Part shown: in pieces, positions 41,076-50,008 of the stretch
Numbering within the stretch: position 1 is the stretch's first letter
Layout: each line of letters opens with the position of its first letter
Assembly: GCA_036397815.1 (NCBI GenBank)
Contig: DASWIE010000083.1
Coordinates: 20,067 to 84,066, forward strand
Direction: 5' to 3'
DNA: 64,000 nucleotides
Origin: Candidatus Limnocylindria bacterium
Lineage (GTDB): Bacteria > Chloroflexota > Limnocylindria > QHBO01
Notes under the pieces: generated by a model
Databases searched by the model: none
Told to the model about the DNA's origin: nothing
Seen by the model: only the letters and a program-made list of their open reading frames with translations
Program-made: the position numbers and the translations under genes

Positions 41076-42308
41076 GTGCGGAGTACGGTCGCCGCTCCGA
41101 TGTACCGACGCACCATCGTTGCGGCCTGCCTTGCCGCGCTCACCACCTTCGGCGCCGCCTTGCCATGGCTGGGCGCGACGCCTCGAGCCGCCGCGTCCTC
41201 GTGCTCAGGCTGGACGTCCGAGACGCAGCCGCCGCCGACCATCCGCGTCTTCCGGCACGCGAGCGGAGCGGTCGACACGGTCGACTTCCGGACCTATGCC
41301 AAGAACGTGCTGTCGCGGGAGTGGATCGGCTCCTGGACGACCGAGTCGCTGCGCTCCGGCGCGCTGGCGGTGAAGCACTACGCCTGGTACCAGGTGCTGC
41401 ACTGGCGCGGTGGCGTGAACGGGGCCGGACAGTGCTTCGACCTGCGCGACGACACGATCGACCAAGTGTACGACCCGACCAAGGCGACCTGGGGCTCCGC
41501 CGCCGCAGCGGTCGATGCCACCTGGGCGACCCGCGTGCTGAAGAACGGGGCGATCTTCCCGACCTACTACAACGCGGGAGCCGTGAACGAAGCGTGTGGC
41601 GCGAATGCCAACGGCTGGAGAATGTACCAGTGGGGCACGCAGGGCTGCGGCCTTGCCGGCCGGACCGCCGCAGAGATCGCGCTCATCTACTACTACCCCG
41701 GCGTCACGGTGACCGATGCGCCCGCGCCGAGCTCAACCCCCACGCCAACTCCGACGCCGGCTCCGACGCCCACGGCCACGCCCGTCCCCACTCCCCGCCC
41801 CACGCCAACGACCCTGCCCAGCCCCGGCGAGTCGCCGTCGGTGACGCCGCTGCCGTCGCCCGACCCGACGCCAACCGCCCAGCCGACGGTCTCGCCGACC
41901 CCGCCGCCCTCCGCCACTCCCACGCCGCTTCCCACGCCACCGCCGGACCAGGAGCTGCCGGGCGGCGGGCAGTCCACGGTAGCGGGCGCCGCGCAGCCAC
42001 CGCCTCCGCCACCAGCCGATCCGGAACCGGTCGTCGCCGCCGCGAGCCAGCCGGTGGCGCCCAGCCGCCGTACGCCGCCGCTGACCCGCGGCCTCCCCGA
42101 GCGCGGTGATGCCTACACGCTGCCGCTGATCGAGGTCACTGCCTGGCTCGGTGGTGACCTGCGTCCTGCGCCCGTGGGCGGCGACGCGCGCCTCGCCGCA
42201 TTCCCCGCCCTCTGGCAGGCGGCCGTGCGCCGGCTCGTCGACGCACTCGCTTTCGACGTCGAGGTGGATCGCCCATTGGCAGGCGGTCTCGGGCTCGACC
42301 GCCCCTAG
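41076..42308 (+). CDS. secreted protein with SpoIID/LytB-like N-domain and Pro/Thr-rich linker
   Basis: Signal-like N-terminus. [32 protein letters not shown] resembles the SpoIID core. Roughly residues 207-330 are PT/PS low complexity. Confidence 0.45.
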   Translation: MRSTVAAPMYRRTIVAACLAALTTFGAALPWLGATPRAAASSCSGWTSETQPPPTIRVFRHASGAVDTVDFRTYAKNVLSREWIGSWTTESLRSGALAVKHYAWYQVLHWRGGVNGAGQCFDLRDDTIDQVYDPTKATWGSAAAAVDATWATRVLKNGAIFPTYYNAGAVNEACGANANGWRMYQWGTQGCGLAGRTAAEIALIYYYPGVTVTDAPAPSSTPTPTPTPAPTPTATPVPTPRPTPTTLPSPGESPSVTPLPSPDPTPTAQPTVSPTPPPSATPTPLPTPPPDQELPGGGQSTVAGAAQPPPPPPADPEPVVAAASQPVAPSRRTPPLTRGLPERGDAYTLPLIEVTAWLGGDLRPAPVGGDARLAAFPALWQAAVRRLVDALAFDVEVDRPLAGGLGLDRP

Positions 42309-43276
42309 CCGCTCCCCCGCTCGCCAGGCGGCGGCGTCCTGCCCGCCACGACCAGCTCGGCAGCCGCCACATCCTGGATGGCCAGCCCAACGCTCTTGAA
42401 GACGGTGATCGCCTTGGGGTCGCGCGTGGCGGCCCACTCGCGGCCGACCGTTCCGATCTCGATGAACGCGTCGCCTCCAATGAGGCCGCCGTCGATCGCC
42501 GCCACCAGGTCACCCGCCTCGGCAAGTGCCGCCGCCCGCGAGTCGACCGTCACCATCGCGGCCCGCGCGAACAGCTCGGGCGGCAGCTCGACCATCCCCA
42601 ACCGGAACGCGCCAACTCCATTGACATGTGCTCCCGGGCGCAGCCAGTCGGCGTCGAAGACGGGCTGGGAGGACGTCGTCGCGCAGCACACGACGTCCGC
42701 CGTGGTCACCGCCTCCTGCGCCGATTGAGCGGCCACGACGCGCACGCGGTCGCCGAGCTCCCGTGCCAACTCCGCCACGAAGCGCCCGCGTGCAGCGGCG
42801 TCGCGCGAGAAGACGCGGACCTCGCGGATGGCACGCGCCGCAAGGACGGCGCGGACCTGCCAGGCAGCCTGGCCTCCCGTACCGAGCAGGCCCAGCACCG
42901 CGGCGTCGGTTCGCGCCAACAGTCGCGTCGCGACCCCGGACGCGGCGCCGGTTCGCATGGCGGTGACGGTCGTCCCGTCCAGCACGGCCACGGGCGTTCC
43001 GGTCTCCCCGTCGAGCCAGATGATGACCGCCTGGACGGTCGGCAGGCCGCGAGCGGCATTCCCAGGCAGCACCGTCACCAGCTTGACCGATGATCCGGAG
43101 CCACCCGCGCGCACGCCGGGCATGAGCAGCAGGTCGCCGTTCGCCAGGGGGACGTGGAACCGCAGGGGAGATCGATCCCGCCCGGACGCGACGTCACGGA
43201 ACGCGGCCTCGACTGCGTCGAGCAGCTTGCCGACGGGCACGGCCTTGGTGATTTCAGCGGCGTCGTACACGCGCAT
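42305..43276 (-). CDS. ornithine cyclodeaminase / mu-crystallin family protein
   Basis: Last 323 codons of ORF 42305..43450, starting MRVYDAAEI (ATG 43274-43276). [18 protein letters not shown] and Rossmann GLLGTGGQA motifs. Confidence 0.8.
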   Translation of the reverse strand: MRVYDAAEITKAVPVGKLLDAVEAAFRDVASGRDRSPLRFHVPLANGDLLLMPGVRAGGSGSSVKLVTVLPGNAARGLPTVQAVIIWLDGETGTPVAVLDGTTVTAMRTGAASGVATRLLARTDAAVLGLLGTGGQAAWQVRAVLAARAIREVRVFSRDAAARGRFVAELARELGDRVRVVAAQSAQEAVTTADVVCCATTSSQPVFDADWLRPGAHVNGVGAFRLGMVELPPELFARAAMVTVDSRAAALAEAGDLVAAIDGGLIGGDAFIEIGTVGREWAATRDPKAITVFKSVGLAIQDVAAAELVVAGRTPPPGERGSG

Positions 43277-43286
43277 GGGCTCGATC

Positions 43287-44573
43287 CTAGTCCTCGTGCT
43301 CCGGCGGGACGGGCCACACCCGCGATGGGCGCGGCCTGCGCCAGACCGGGCGTGAGAAGGCGATCCAGCCCAGGGCGGCCGAGGCGGCCAGGGCCACGAT
43401 CGACCACACGGCGATTGCCGGGGGGAACCTGTCCGCCAGCAGGCCGGCAAGGAAGGTGCTAGCCGCGATGGTGAGAGTCACCAGCCCGTAGTCGAAGCTG
43501 AAGACGCGACCCCGGATCTCGTCGGGCGCCGCGCGCTGCAGCCCATAGGAGGAGAGCATCCACTGCGCGCCGCCGCCGAGGTGCGCCACGAAGACGCACG
43601 CGGCCGCCAGCCAGAGCCAGGGCGCCGCGGGCAAGAGTGCGTACCCGAGCGCGAAGGCGCCGAACGAGCCCGCGATGCCCAGGATCAGGCCGCGCTCGGT
43701 GAGACCCACGATCGAACGAGCCAGGAACGGGCCGAAGAGCGCACCGAGGCCGCGCGCGGCGAAGAGGATGCCGATCCCCACGTCGCCCGCGTTGAACACG
43801 TCGCGCCCGAAGACCGCCAGCAGCACGATCACCCCGGTCCCCACGCCGAACGTCGTCTTCGAGAGGAGCAGCGCCGCCAGGGTGCGGTTGCCACGGGCAA
43901 AGCGGAGGACGATCCCGATTGCCTGGCCAATGCCACGCAATCCGCCGTGCGGCGCCTCGCGGTGATGGGACGCGGGGAGCCTGCCGCGAAACGGCCGGTC
44001 GATCCCGACAATCAGGAGGGCCGATACGCCGAACGAGGCCGCGTTGGCAACGAACGCGATGTCGCGCCCGAAGACGGCCGCGACCAGGCCGCCGGCGGCA
44101 GCCCCGACCGCCAGCATCGTCCCCCACGCCGACCCGATGAGCACGTTCGCCTCTCCAAGCTCTTCGTCGTCGACCAGGTTCGGCAGCGACGCGGAGCTCG
44201 TTGGCTCGAAGACGGCCGCGCCGAACGACAGGAGGGCGGTGGCCACGAAGGCGATCCACAGCGTTGCCGGATCGCGCGCCAGCAGGAAGGCGAGCGCCGC
44301 CGGCAAGCGCGCGAGATCGGCGGCGACCATGAGCCGCCGGCGATCGAATCGGTCCGCCAGCACGCCCGCCACCGGCGAGGCGAGCGCGAAGAATCCGGTC
44401 TGCACCACCAGGAAGAGCGACGCGACGACCGGCGACCCTGTCAGCTCCAGCGCCAGGCCCAGGATCGCCACGGTGGCGAACCAGTCGCCGGCGAAGCTGA
44501 CCAGCTGGGCGGCGAAGAGGCGGCTGAAGGCCCGATTACGACGCAGCAGGGTAAGGTACGGGTGCAGGCGCAT
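43287..44573 (-). CDS. MFS transporter
   Basis: Start MRLHPYLTLLRRNRAF (ATG 44571-44573), about 12 TM segments, loop motif GVLADRFDRRRLM. Confidence 0.8.
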   Translation of the reverse strand: MRLHPYLTLLRRNRAFSRLFAAQLVSFAGDWFATVAILGLALELTGSPVVASLFLVVQTGFFALASPVAGVLADRFDRRRLMVAADLARLPAALAFLLARDPATLWIAFVATALLSFGAAVFEPTSSASLPNLVDDEELGEANVLIGSAWGTMLAVGAAAGGLVAAVFGRDIAFVANAASFGVSALLIVGIDRPFRGRLPASHHREAPHGGLRGIGQAIGIVLRFARGNRTLAALLLSKTTFGVGTGVIVLLAVFGRDVFNAGDVGIGILFAARGLGALFGPFLARSIVGLTERGLILGIAGSFGAFALGYALLPAAPWLWLAAACVFVAHLGGGAQWMLSSYGLQRAAPDEIRGRVFSFDYGLVTLTIAASTFLAGLLADRFPPAIAVWSIVALAASAALGWIAFSRPVWRRPRPSRVWPVPPEHED

Positions 44574-44641
44574 CGGCCCCGCATCATGCCATGCGCACCC
44601 ACCGGATTCCGGCACGCGGCTTGCGGAGAGATGGAGGCATC

Positions 44642-44992
44642 ATGCTGAAGACCGCTCGGAGCGAGATCGGCGACCTCGGCTGGCTGATTCGGACGCTCAC
44701 GCTGGCCGCGATCGCTGGGGCCATCTACCGCGAGATGCGCCTGCCGGCGGAGGAGCGGACCTGGCACGGACGGCTCCTCGGCTTCGTGCCGTACGACTTC
44801 CGCCTTCCCACGCCGCGTCGGGTGATCGACGCCTTCTGGGACCCGACGAGCAAGCGTCTCTTCAACGACCAGCCGTTCGGCGTCGGATGGGCGGTCAACG
44901 TCCCGGCCGCCGTGGCGCTGATCGGAGGGCTCCGCCGGCGAGCCCAACCGGCCGCGCGACGAGCAAAGACGCCAAAGGCCGCCGCGGCCTAA
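44642..44992 (+). CDS. small membrane-associated hypothetical protein
   Basis: MLKTARSEIGDLGWLIRTLTLAAIAGAIY... followed by FGVGWAVN. Basic C-terminal tail. Family assignment uncertain. Confidence 0.4.
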   Translation: MLKTARSEIGDLGWLIRTLTLAAIAGAIYREMRLPAEERTWHGRLLGFVPYDFRLPTPRRVIDAFWDPTSKRLFNDQPFGVGWAVNVPAAVALIGGLRRRAQPAARRAKTPKAAAA

Positions 44993-45056
44993 CCGCAGCC
45001 TCACGCCGGCGCCGTACACGGCGAGTGCGTGTTGGCTGCGTTAGCATCGGGGCACC

Positions 45057-45521
45057 GTGAGCTGGTTCCCGATCCTGCTGGTCGTCCACATCGCGCTGGC
45101 CGTCGCGCTGCTAGCGCCGAGCATTCTGCTCCCGTTTCTCCTGCGCCGGGCCGAGGCTGCCGGCACCACCCAACACAACCCGGTGATGCGCGCGCTGCTG
45201 GCGATGCAGGGCTCAGGCAGCGTCGTGATCGCCGTGGGCGTGGGGCTGACCGGGGCCGGGCTCCTGGCGACACTTGGTCTTGAGCTCCTCCGCCAGCCGT
45301 GGCTGCTCGTCGCACTCGCGCTGTACGCCGCCAACCTGCTGCTGGCGGCCTTCGTGGCCCGGCCCAACCTGCGCCGCCTGCTCCGGATCGGCGGGGCGGG
45401 CGATGGTGGCGACGAGGCGTGGCGCCGACGCGCCCGCCAGCAGCGCTACGTCGCCTACGCGATGGCGGCCGCCATCGGCGCCATCGGTCTCCTGATGAGC
45501 ACCAAGCCGGATCTGTGGTAG
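45057..45521 (+). CDS. DUF2269-like integral membrane protein
   Basis: 154 aa with four hydrophobic helices, starting MSWFPILLVVHIALAVALLAPS. Confidence 0.5.
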   Translation: MSWFPILLVVHIALAVALLAPSILLPFLLRRAEAAGTTQHNPVMRALLAMQGSGSVVIAVGVGLTGAGLLATLGLELLRQPWLLVALALYAANLLLAAFVARPNLRRLLRIGGAGDGGDEAWRRRARQQRYVAYAMAAAIGAIGLLMSTKPDLW

Positions 45522-45541
45522 CCGTATAGGCCCCGGCGTTT

Positions 45542-45652
45542 TCAGAAGTTGGGGATCGGCAGCGGACGTCCCATGAGCCAGAACAGCCCCGCCACGATGA
45601 GCAACAGGGCGATGACGAAGAGCGCCATCCAGCGCAGGACTTCCCAGGTCAT
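45542..45652 (-). CDS. 36-aa single-TM small protein (not in ORF track)
   Basis: My hand translation gives MTWEVLRWMALFVIALLLIVAGLFWLMGRPLPIPNF*. The ATG at 45650-45652 is preceded by GAGGAG with a 6-nt spacer. Confidence 0.45.
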   Translation of the reverse strand: MTWEVLRWMALFVIALLLIVAGLFWLMGRPLPIPNF

Positions 45653-45763
45653 AGCGGACTCCTCGGCTCGGTCGGCAGCGTGACCCATCCCCACCCGCTC
45701 CGGATTCTACCCGCCCGATGACGCCGCGCACAGGTGCCCTGAACGAGCCCTAGAATCCGCGCC

Positions 45764-47041
45764 GTGACCCTTCGCCTCTTCGACTCGCGTCGCGACGAGA
45801 CCGTGGACTTCGCGCCCATCGGTCGCGGCCCGGTCGGCCTCTACGTCTGCGGCGTGACGCCGTACGACACTGGCCACCTCGGGCACGCCTTCACCTACGT
45901 CAGCTTCGACGTCCTGCACCGGTACCTGGAATACCTGGGTCATGAGGTCGTCTACGTTCAGAACCTGACCGATGTCGACGACGACATGCTGAAGCGCGCC
46001 CGGGAGCTCGGTGAGGATTACCTGGCGTTGGGCAACCGCCACGTGACCACCTTTCTGACCGAGATGGCCGCGCTCAACTGGCTGCCGCCGGATCATCTTC
46101 CGCGCGCAACCGAGCACATCCCCCAGATGCAGGCGCTGATCGCGCGCCTGTTGGACCGTGGCCACGCCTACGTCGCGCAGGGGCATGTCTACTTCAGCGT
46201 CGCGTCGTGGCCGTCCTACGGATCGCTCTCGAGGCTCGCGCCGGAGGCGATGCTGCCGATCGCGAACGAGCGAGGGAATGTGCCCGACATGCCCGGCAAG
46301 CGAGATCCGCTCGACTTCGTCCTGTGGCAGCCGTCGCTCCCGGACGAGCCCGCCTGGCCATCGCGGTGGGGTCCCGGACGGCCGGGCTGGCACGTCGAGT
46401 GCTCCGCCATGAGCATGGCTTACCTGGGTTCGCGCTTCGAGATCCACGGCGGGGGTCAGGACCTCATCTTCCCGCACCACGAGTCGGAGATCGCCCAGAG
46501 CGAGGCCGCAACCGGCGAGGCGCCGTTCGTCCTGTGGTGGATGCACGCCGGGATGCTGCGGTACCACGGCGAAAAGATGAGCAAGTCACTCGGCAACCTG
46601 GTGCTGGTGCGCGACCTGCTCCGCTCGTGGTCGGGCGACGCGATCCGGCATTACCTGATCTCACACCACTACCGCGACGAGCTCGACTTCGACGAGACCG
46701 TGGTGGAGTCGTCGGCGGTCGCCGCCGCTCGCCTGCGGCTGGCCTGCCGCCTGGCCGAGGAGCTGGAGCCACTGGCTCTCGCCATGGCCGACGCTGACGC
46801 GCTACAACCGGTCGTCGCCGAGCACAGGGCACGCTTCCTGGCGGCGATGGACGACGACCTGGACACCCCGACGGCGCTGCCTGAGCTGCAGAGCCTTGCC
46901 TCGCTGGCGATCGACACGGACGATCCGGGCCTGCGCGTGGAGGCCGGCTGGATGGTCCGGGAGCTCGGGGCCAGGATCCTGGGACTTCGGCTCGCCACCG
47001 TCCCAAGCCTCCAGGAGGCGGCCCGGGTGGCCACGGCATGA
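45764..47041 (+). CDS. cysS: cysteine-tRNA ligase, C-terminally truncated form (425 aa)
   Basis: HIGH-type YVCGVTPYDTGHLGHA, GRPGWHVECSAMS, FPHHESEIAQSEA and KMSKS (GEKMSKSLGN). Ends just after the DDDLDTP helix bundle and lacks the usual final ~45-aa domain. Confidence 0.8.
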   Translation: MTLRLFDSRRDETVDFAPIGRGPVGLYVCGVTPYDTGHLGHAFTYVSFDVLHRYLEYLGHEVVYVQNLTDVDDDMLKRARELGEDYLALGNRHVTTFLTEMAALNWLPPDHLPRATEHIPQMQALIARLLDRGHAYVAQGHVYFSVASWPSYGSLSRLAPEAMLPIANERGNVPDMPGKRDPLDFVLWQPSLPDEPAWPSRWGPGRPGWHVECSAMSMAYLGSRFEIHGGGQDLIFPHHESEIAQSEAATGEAPFVLWWMHAGMLRYHGEKMSKSLGNLVLVRDLLRSWSGDAIRHYLISHHYRDELDFDETVVESSAVAAARLRLACRLAEELEPLALAMADADALQPVVAEHRARFLAAMDDDLDTPTALPELQSLASLAIDTDDPGLRVEAGWMVRELGARILGLRLATVPSLQEAARVATA

Positions 47042-47592
47042 GCGACCAGTCCTCCGACCGGCGACGCGACGACGATCTCGTCCCGGTCAGCGTCCGCCTC
47101 GGGGACGTGGTCCCGCCGGACGATCCTGAAGATTGGACCCAACCGCTCACCTGGGTGGCAGCCGCCGGCATGCTGGCCGCTCCGCTTGTCGCCCTGATCT
47201 GGTTCTGGCTGGCGCCGCCCGGCGCCGCCAAGGCCCCCGCTCCAGGCACCTGGCTCGTTGCGGTGACCCTGGCCGTCGGCGCTGCGCTGGCTGGCGGCAC
47301 CCAGCAGGGTCGGCTGCGCAGCCTGGCCGGCACGTTGGCCGCGGGCCTCTTCGCCGCGCTGGCGACCGTGGCGGTCGGCCTGGTGACCGCCGGCGAACGC
47401 CAGCTCGGGAGCGCATCTCCCACGCTCGCCCATGCCGTTGCCGCGGCCCTGGCCGGGCTGGCGGGAGTCCTGCCCGCAGCAGTCCTGGCGCCGCCGCTGG
47501 CCATGCGATCGCGACGAGCGCGGATGCTGGCGCCTGCGGCCATCGCCGCGGGGGTGGCGGCCCTGGTGGTCCCGCTCCTCTTCGTCGCCTGA
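47038..47592 (+). CDS. hypothetical Ala-rich membrane protein
   Basis: 184 aa. The start overlaps the cysS stop (ATGA). Acidic N-terminus followed by 4-5 hydrophobic segments. Confidence 0.45.
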   Translation: MSDQSSDRRRDDDLVPVSVRLGDVVPPDDPEDWTQPLTWVAAAGMLAAPLVALIWFWLAPPGAAKAPAPGTWLVAVTLAVGAALAGGTQQGRLRSLAGTLAAGLFAALATVAVGLVTAGERQLGSASPTLAHAVAAALAGLAGVLPAAVLAPPLAMRSRRARMLAPAAIAAGVAALVVPLLFVA

Positions 47593-47646
47593 TCGCCTGA
47601 TCGCCGGTGGCGATATCCAGGGGCGAATCCCAGTCGCGCCCGGGCG

Positions 47647-48195
47647 TCAGCCCGCGGTCGACTTCCGGCTGAGCCGCTCTGCGAGGCCCCCCACGGTGAG
47701 CGCCAGCCCGAGCGCAATGATCCCCAGTGCCCCCACCAGGCGGAACGCCTCACCGCCGAAGGCCGTCGCGAAGGCCAGGTAGGCAACGACGCCGCCGGCG
47801 GCGATACCCGACCCAATCCACTTGAACGCGGGCGCATCGGCGATCCAGCCAGCCGCGTACATCCCGATGCCGATCGAGAACGGCATCACGGTCCACAGGT
47901 AGGACCACGCGGGCCATCGGTCGTTCAGGCTGGTGTACAGGAGCGCGCCGCCGACACCCGCCAGCAGGCTGCCGGGGATGACCATGCCCGCCCGCAGGCG
48001 GCGATTCTGGCGGCCGAAGAGGGCCGGCACCAGGAAGAAGAAGCTCAGCAGCACGAGGAGAAGGGGCCACCAGGCGAGGACCTCCCCGCTGATCCCGAGG
48101 CCGTCGATCCAGTCGCGTATCCAGTCACTGGCGAGCACGAGCACTCCCACCAGGAGCAGCATCAGACCCACGAGCAGCTCGATCGTCCGGCTCAC
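47647..48195 (-). CDS. hypothetical polytopic membrane protein
   Basis: 182 aa, 5-6 TM helices. The GTG start at 48193-48195 lies 6 nt downstream of a TATACT box. Confidence 0.6.
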   Translation of the reverse strand: MSRTIELLVGLMLLLVGVLVLASDWIRDWIDGLGISGEVLAWWPLLLVLLSFFFLVPALFGRQNRRLRAGMVIPGSLLAGVGGALLYTSLNDRWPAWSYLWTVMPFSIGIGMYAAGWIADAPAFKWIGSGIAAGGVVAYLAFATAFGGEAFRLVGALGIIALGLALTVGGLAERLSRKSTAG

Positions 48196-48201
48196 GGGCC
48201 G

Positions 48202-48207
48202 AGTATA
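48202..48207 (-). promoter_or_regulatory. putative -10 box TATACT, 6 nt upstream of the GTG start (leaderless-type)
   Basis: The minus strand reads TATACT-CGGCCC-GTG. Confidence 0.35.
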
Positions 48208-48447
48208 CCGACGGGCACCGACCGGCCCGCCGGGGCGTCAACCAACGGGTCGGCAGCGCTGAAGGCCGCAGCTGGGATGGGATCCAGCCTCTGTTGTGCC
48301 AATGCTGGTGGTGCGTGAAGGGAGCACGAATCGTCGGCGTATCTCAGCGCATGAGCGCCTCTTCGCTCGCCTCACGCTGCGCGGCCACGCAGCCGCTGGG
48401 TGGCTACGGCGGCCGGAAGGCGTGCCGAGCGGCCTTCTCGTGTTCGT

Positions 48448-48650
48448 GAAGTTGTCAGATTCCAATGCCATTGACGCTAGACGCTCGGGACGGCAACGCG
48501 TGCGATCCCCGCGAGCTCGTCTGAGCGCGTCATCGCCGCCTGTGACGCCAGAAGTGGAGCCGCAACGCGTCTAACGCCGACCACCTTGGAATCCGACGAC
48601 CAGTAAGCGGTTCAGCTCGCTTAACGCGAACCTGGGTGGAATCTGACAAC
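48448..48650. repeat. 203-bp inverted-repeat element, intact copy (copy B)
   Basis: Perfect 14-bp inverted repeat: GTTGTCAGATTCCA (48451-48464) and TGGAATCTGACAAC (48637-48650). An extra direct copy TTGGAATCCGACGAC lies at 48586-48600. Homologous to 7638-7840. Confidence 0.65.
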
Positions 48651-48676
48651 AAATGAGCGAATCGGGCCCCCCTGCC

Positions 48677-49873
48677 CTACGTCTCCCCCTCGTAGGGAGG
48701 CTGCGGCATGCGGAGCGGCTTGTCGCGGCGGAGGCCGAGCAGGTAGTCGGCCTGGATCAGGGTGTGGATCTGGCTGGTCCCCTCGTAGATGACCGAGCCC
48801 TTGCTGTTGCGCAGATAGCGCTCGACCGGATACTCGTTGCTGTAGCCGTAGGCGCCGTGGATCTGGATCGCATCGAGGGCGGAGGCCACCGCGTGGTCGG
48901 TGGCGAACCACTTCGCCAGCGAGGTCTCGCGGGTGTTGCGATCGCCGGCGTTCTTCCGCCAGCCGGCCTTGAAGACGAGCAGCCGCCCGGCCTCGATGCC
49001 CGCGTACATCTTGGCCAGCATCTGCTTGACCAGCTGGTGTTGCCCGATCTCCTCGCCGAACGCCTTGCGCTCGTGCGCGTACTTGACCGATGCCTCCAGG
49101 CACGCCTGTGCCAGCCCGACCGATCCGGCTGCGACCGTGTAGCGCCCCTGGTCGATGGCGCTCATCGCGATCGTGAACCCCTCCCCCTCCTCGCCGACGC
49201 GATTGGCGACCGGGACCTCGCAGTCGGTGAAGTAGAGGATGCCGGTGTTCCCGGCGCGCACCCCCAGCTTGCCGTGCAGCGAGTCCGAGGCGAAGCCGGG
49301 GAATGAGCGCTCGACGATGAAGGCGGTGATGCCCTTGTGGCCGGCGGCCCGGTCGACGGTGGCGAAAACGAGGAAGTGGTCGGCGGTATCGGCCAGGCTG
49401 ATCCAGACCTTCGAGCCGTTCAGCAGGTAGCGGTCGCCGTCCCGCCGAGCGGTGGTCGCCAGGTTGGCGGCATCGCTGCCGACTCCCGGCTCGGTCAGGC
49501 CGAAGGTGGCCAGCTTCTCGCCACGCGCCTGCGGGACGAGGTAGCGCTGCTTCTGTTCCTCGCTCCCCCATTGCAGCAGGGTGAGCGAGTTGAGCCCGGT
49601 ATGGACCGATAGGATCACCCGGAACGCGGTGTCGGCGCGCTCCATCTCCTCGCAGAGCAGTGCGAAGGCGATGTAGTCCATTCCCGCCCCGCCGTAGCGC
49701 TCCGGGATCGGCAGCCCCAGGAAGCCCGCCGCGCCCATCTTCTCGTACAGGGATCGATCGTAGGTGGCCGATGCGTCCATCTCGTGGATGCGCGGCAGGA
49801 TCTCGCGCTCGGCGAAGGCGCGGGCGGTGCGCTGCACCTCGCGCTGCTCATCGGTCAGGGAGAAGTCGACCAT
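48677..49873 (-). CDS. acyl-CoA dehydrogenase
   Basis: Last 398 codons of ORF 48677..49927, starting MVDFSLTDEQ (ATG 49871-49873). LTEPGVGSD, WISLAD and QIHGAYGYS..PVERYLRNSK..IYEGTSQI. Confidence 0.9.
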   Translation of the reverse strand: MVDFSLTDEQREVQRTARAFAEREILPRIHEMDASATYDRSLYEKMGAAGFLGLPIPERYGGAGMDYIAFALLCEEMERADTAFRVILSVHTGLNSLTLLQWGSEEQKQRYLVPQARGEKLATFGLTEPGVGSDAANLATTARRDGDRYLLNGSKVWISLADTADHFLVFATVDRAAGHKGITAFIVERSFPGFASDSLHGKLGVRAGNTGILYFTDCEVPVANRVGEEGEGFTIAMSAIDQGRYTVAAGSVGLAQACLEASVKYAHERKAFGEEIGQHQLVKQMLAKMYAGIEAGRLLVFKAGWRKNAGDRNTRETSLAKWFATDHAVASALDAIQIHGAYGYSNEYPVERYLRNSKGSVIYEGTSQIHTLIQADYLLGLRRDKPLRMPQPPYEGET

Positions 49874-50008
49874 ACGGCCGCTGATTCTAGCGAGGGGCGC
49901 GGACGGCCCGAGCGGGCCATCGGTCAATTCCGACCCGGTGCGTCGTAGTTCGCTTTGACGAACTTCTGGGGTCAGGCTACCCTAACCCGCGTTCGACCCC
50001 TTCTGGAG

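Noticed and set aside
41694-41960. Nucleotide-level repetitiveness (CCGACGCC / CCCACGCC runs) as a non-coding repeat
   Set aside because: It lies in frame inside the SpoIID-like gene and encodes a Pro/Thr-rich linker. This is coding low complexity, not an independent repeat element.
45764-47041. Annotating the 425-aa cysS-like gene as mycothiol ligase MshC (similar length, LRLFDS start, ERG..P..PGKRDPLD segment)
   Set aside because: The HHESEIAQSEA motif, the PRATEHI..GHAYV block and the KMSKSLGN context match CysRS better than the MshC pattern I recall (HHEYSAAHAE). I kept it as a truncated CysRS, but a profile or phylogeny test is needed.
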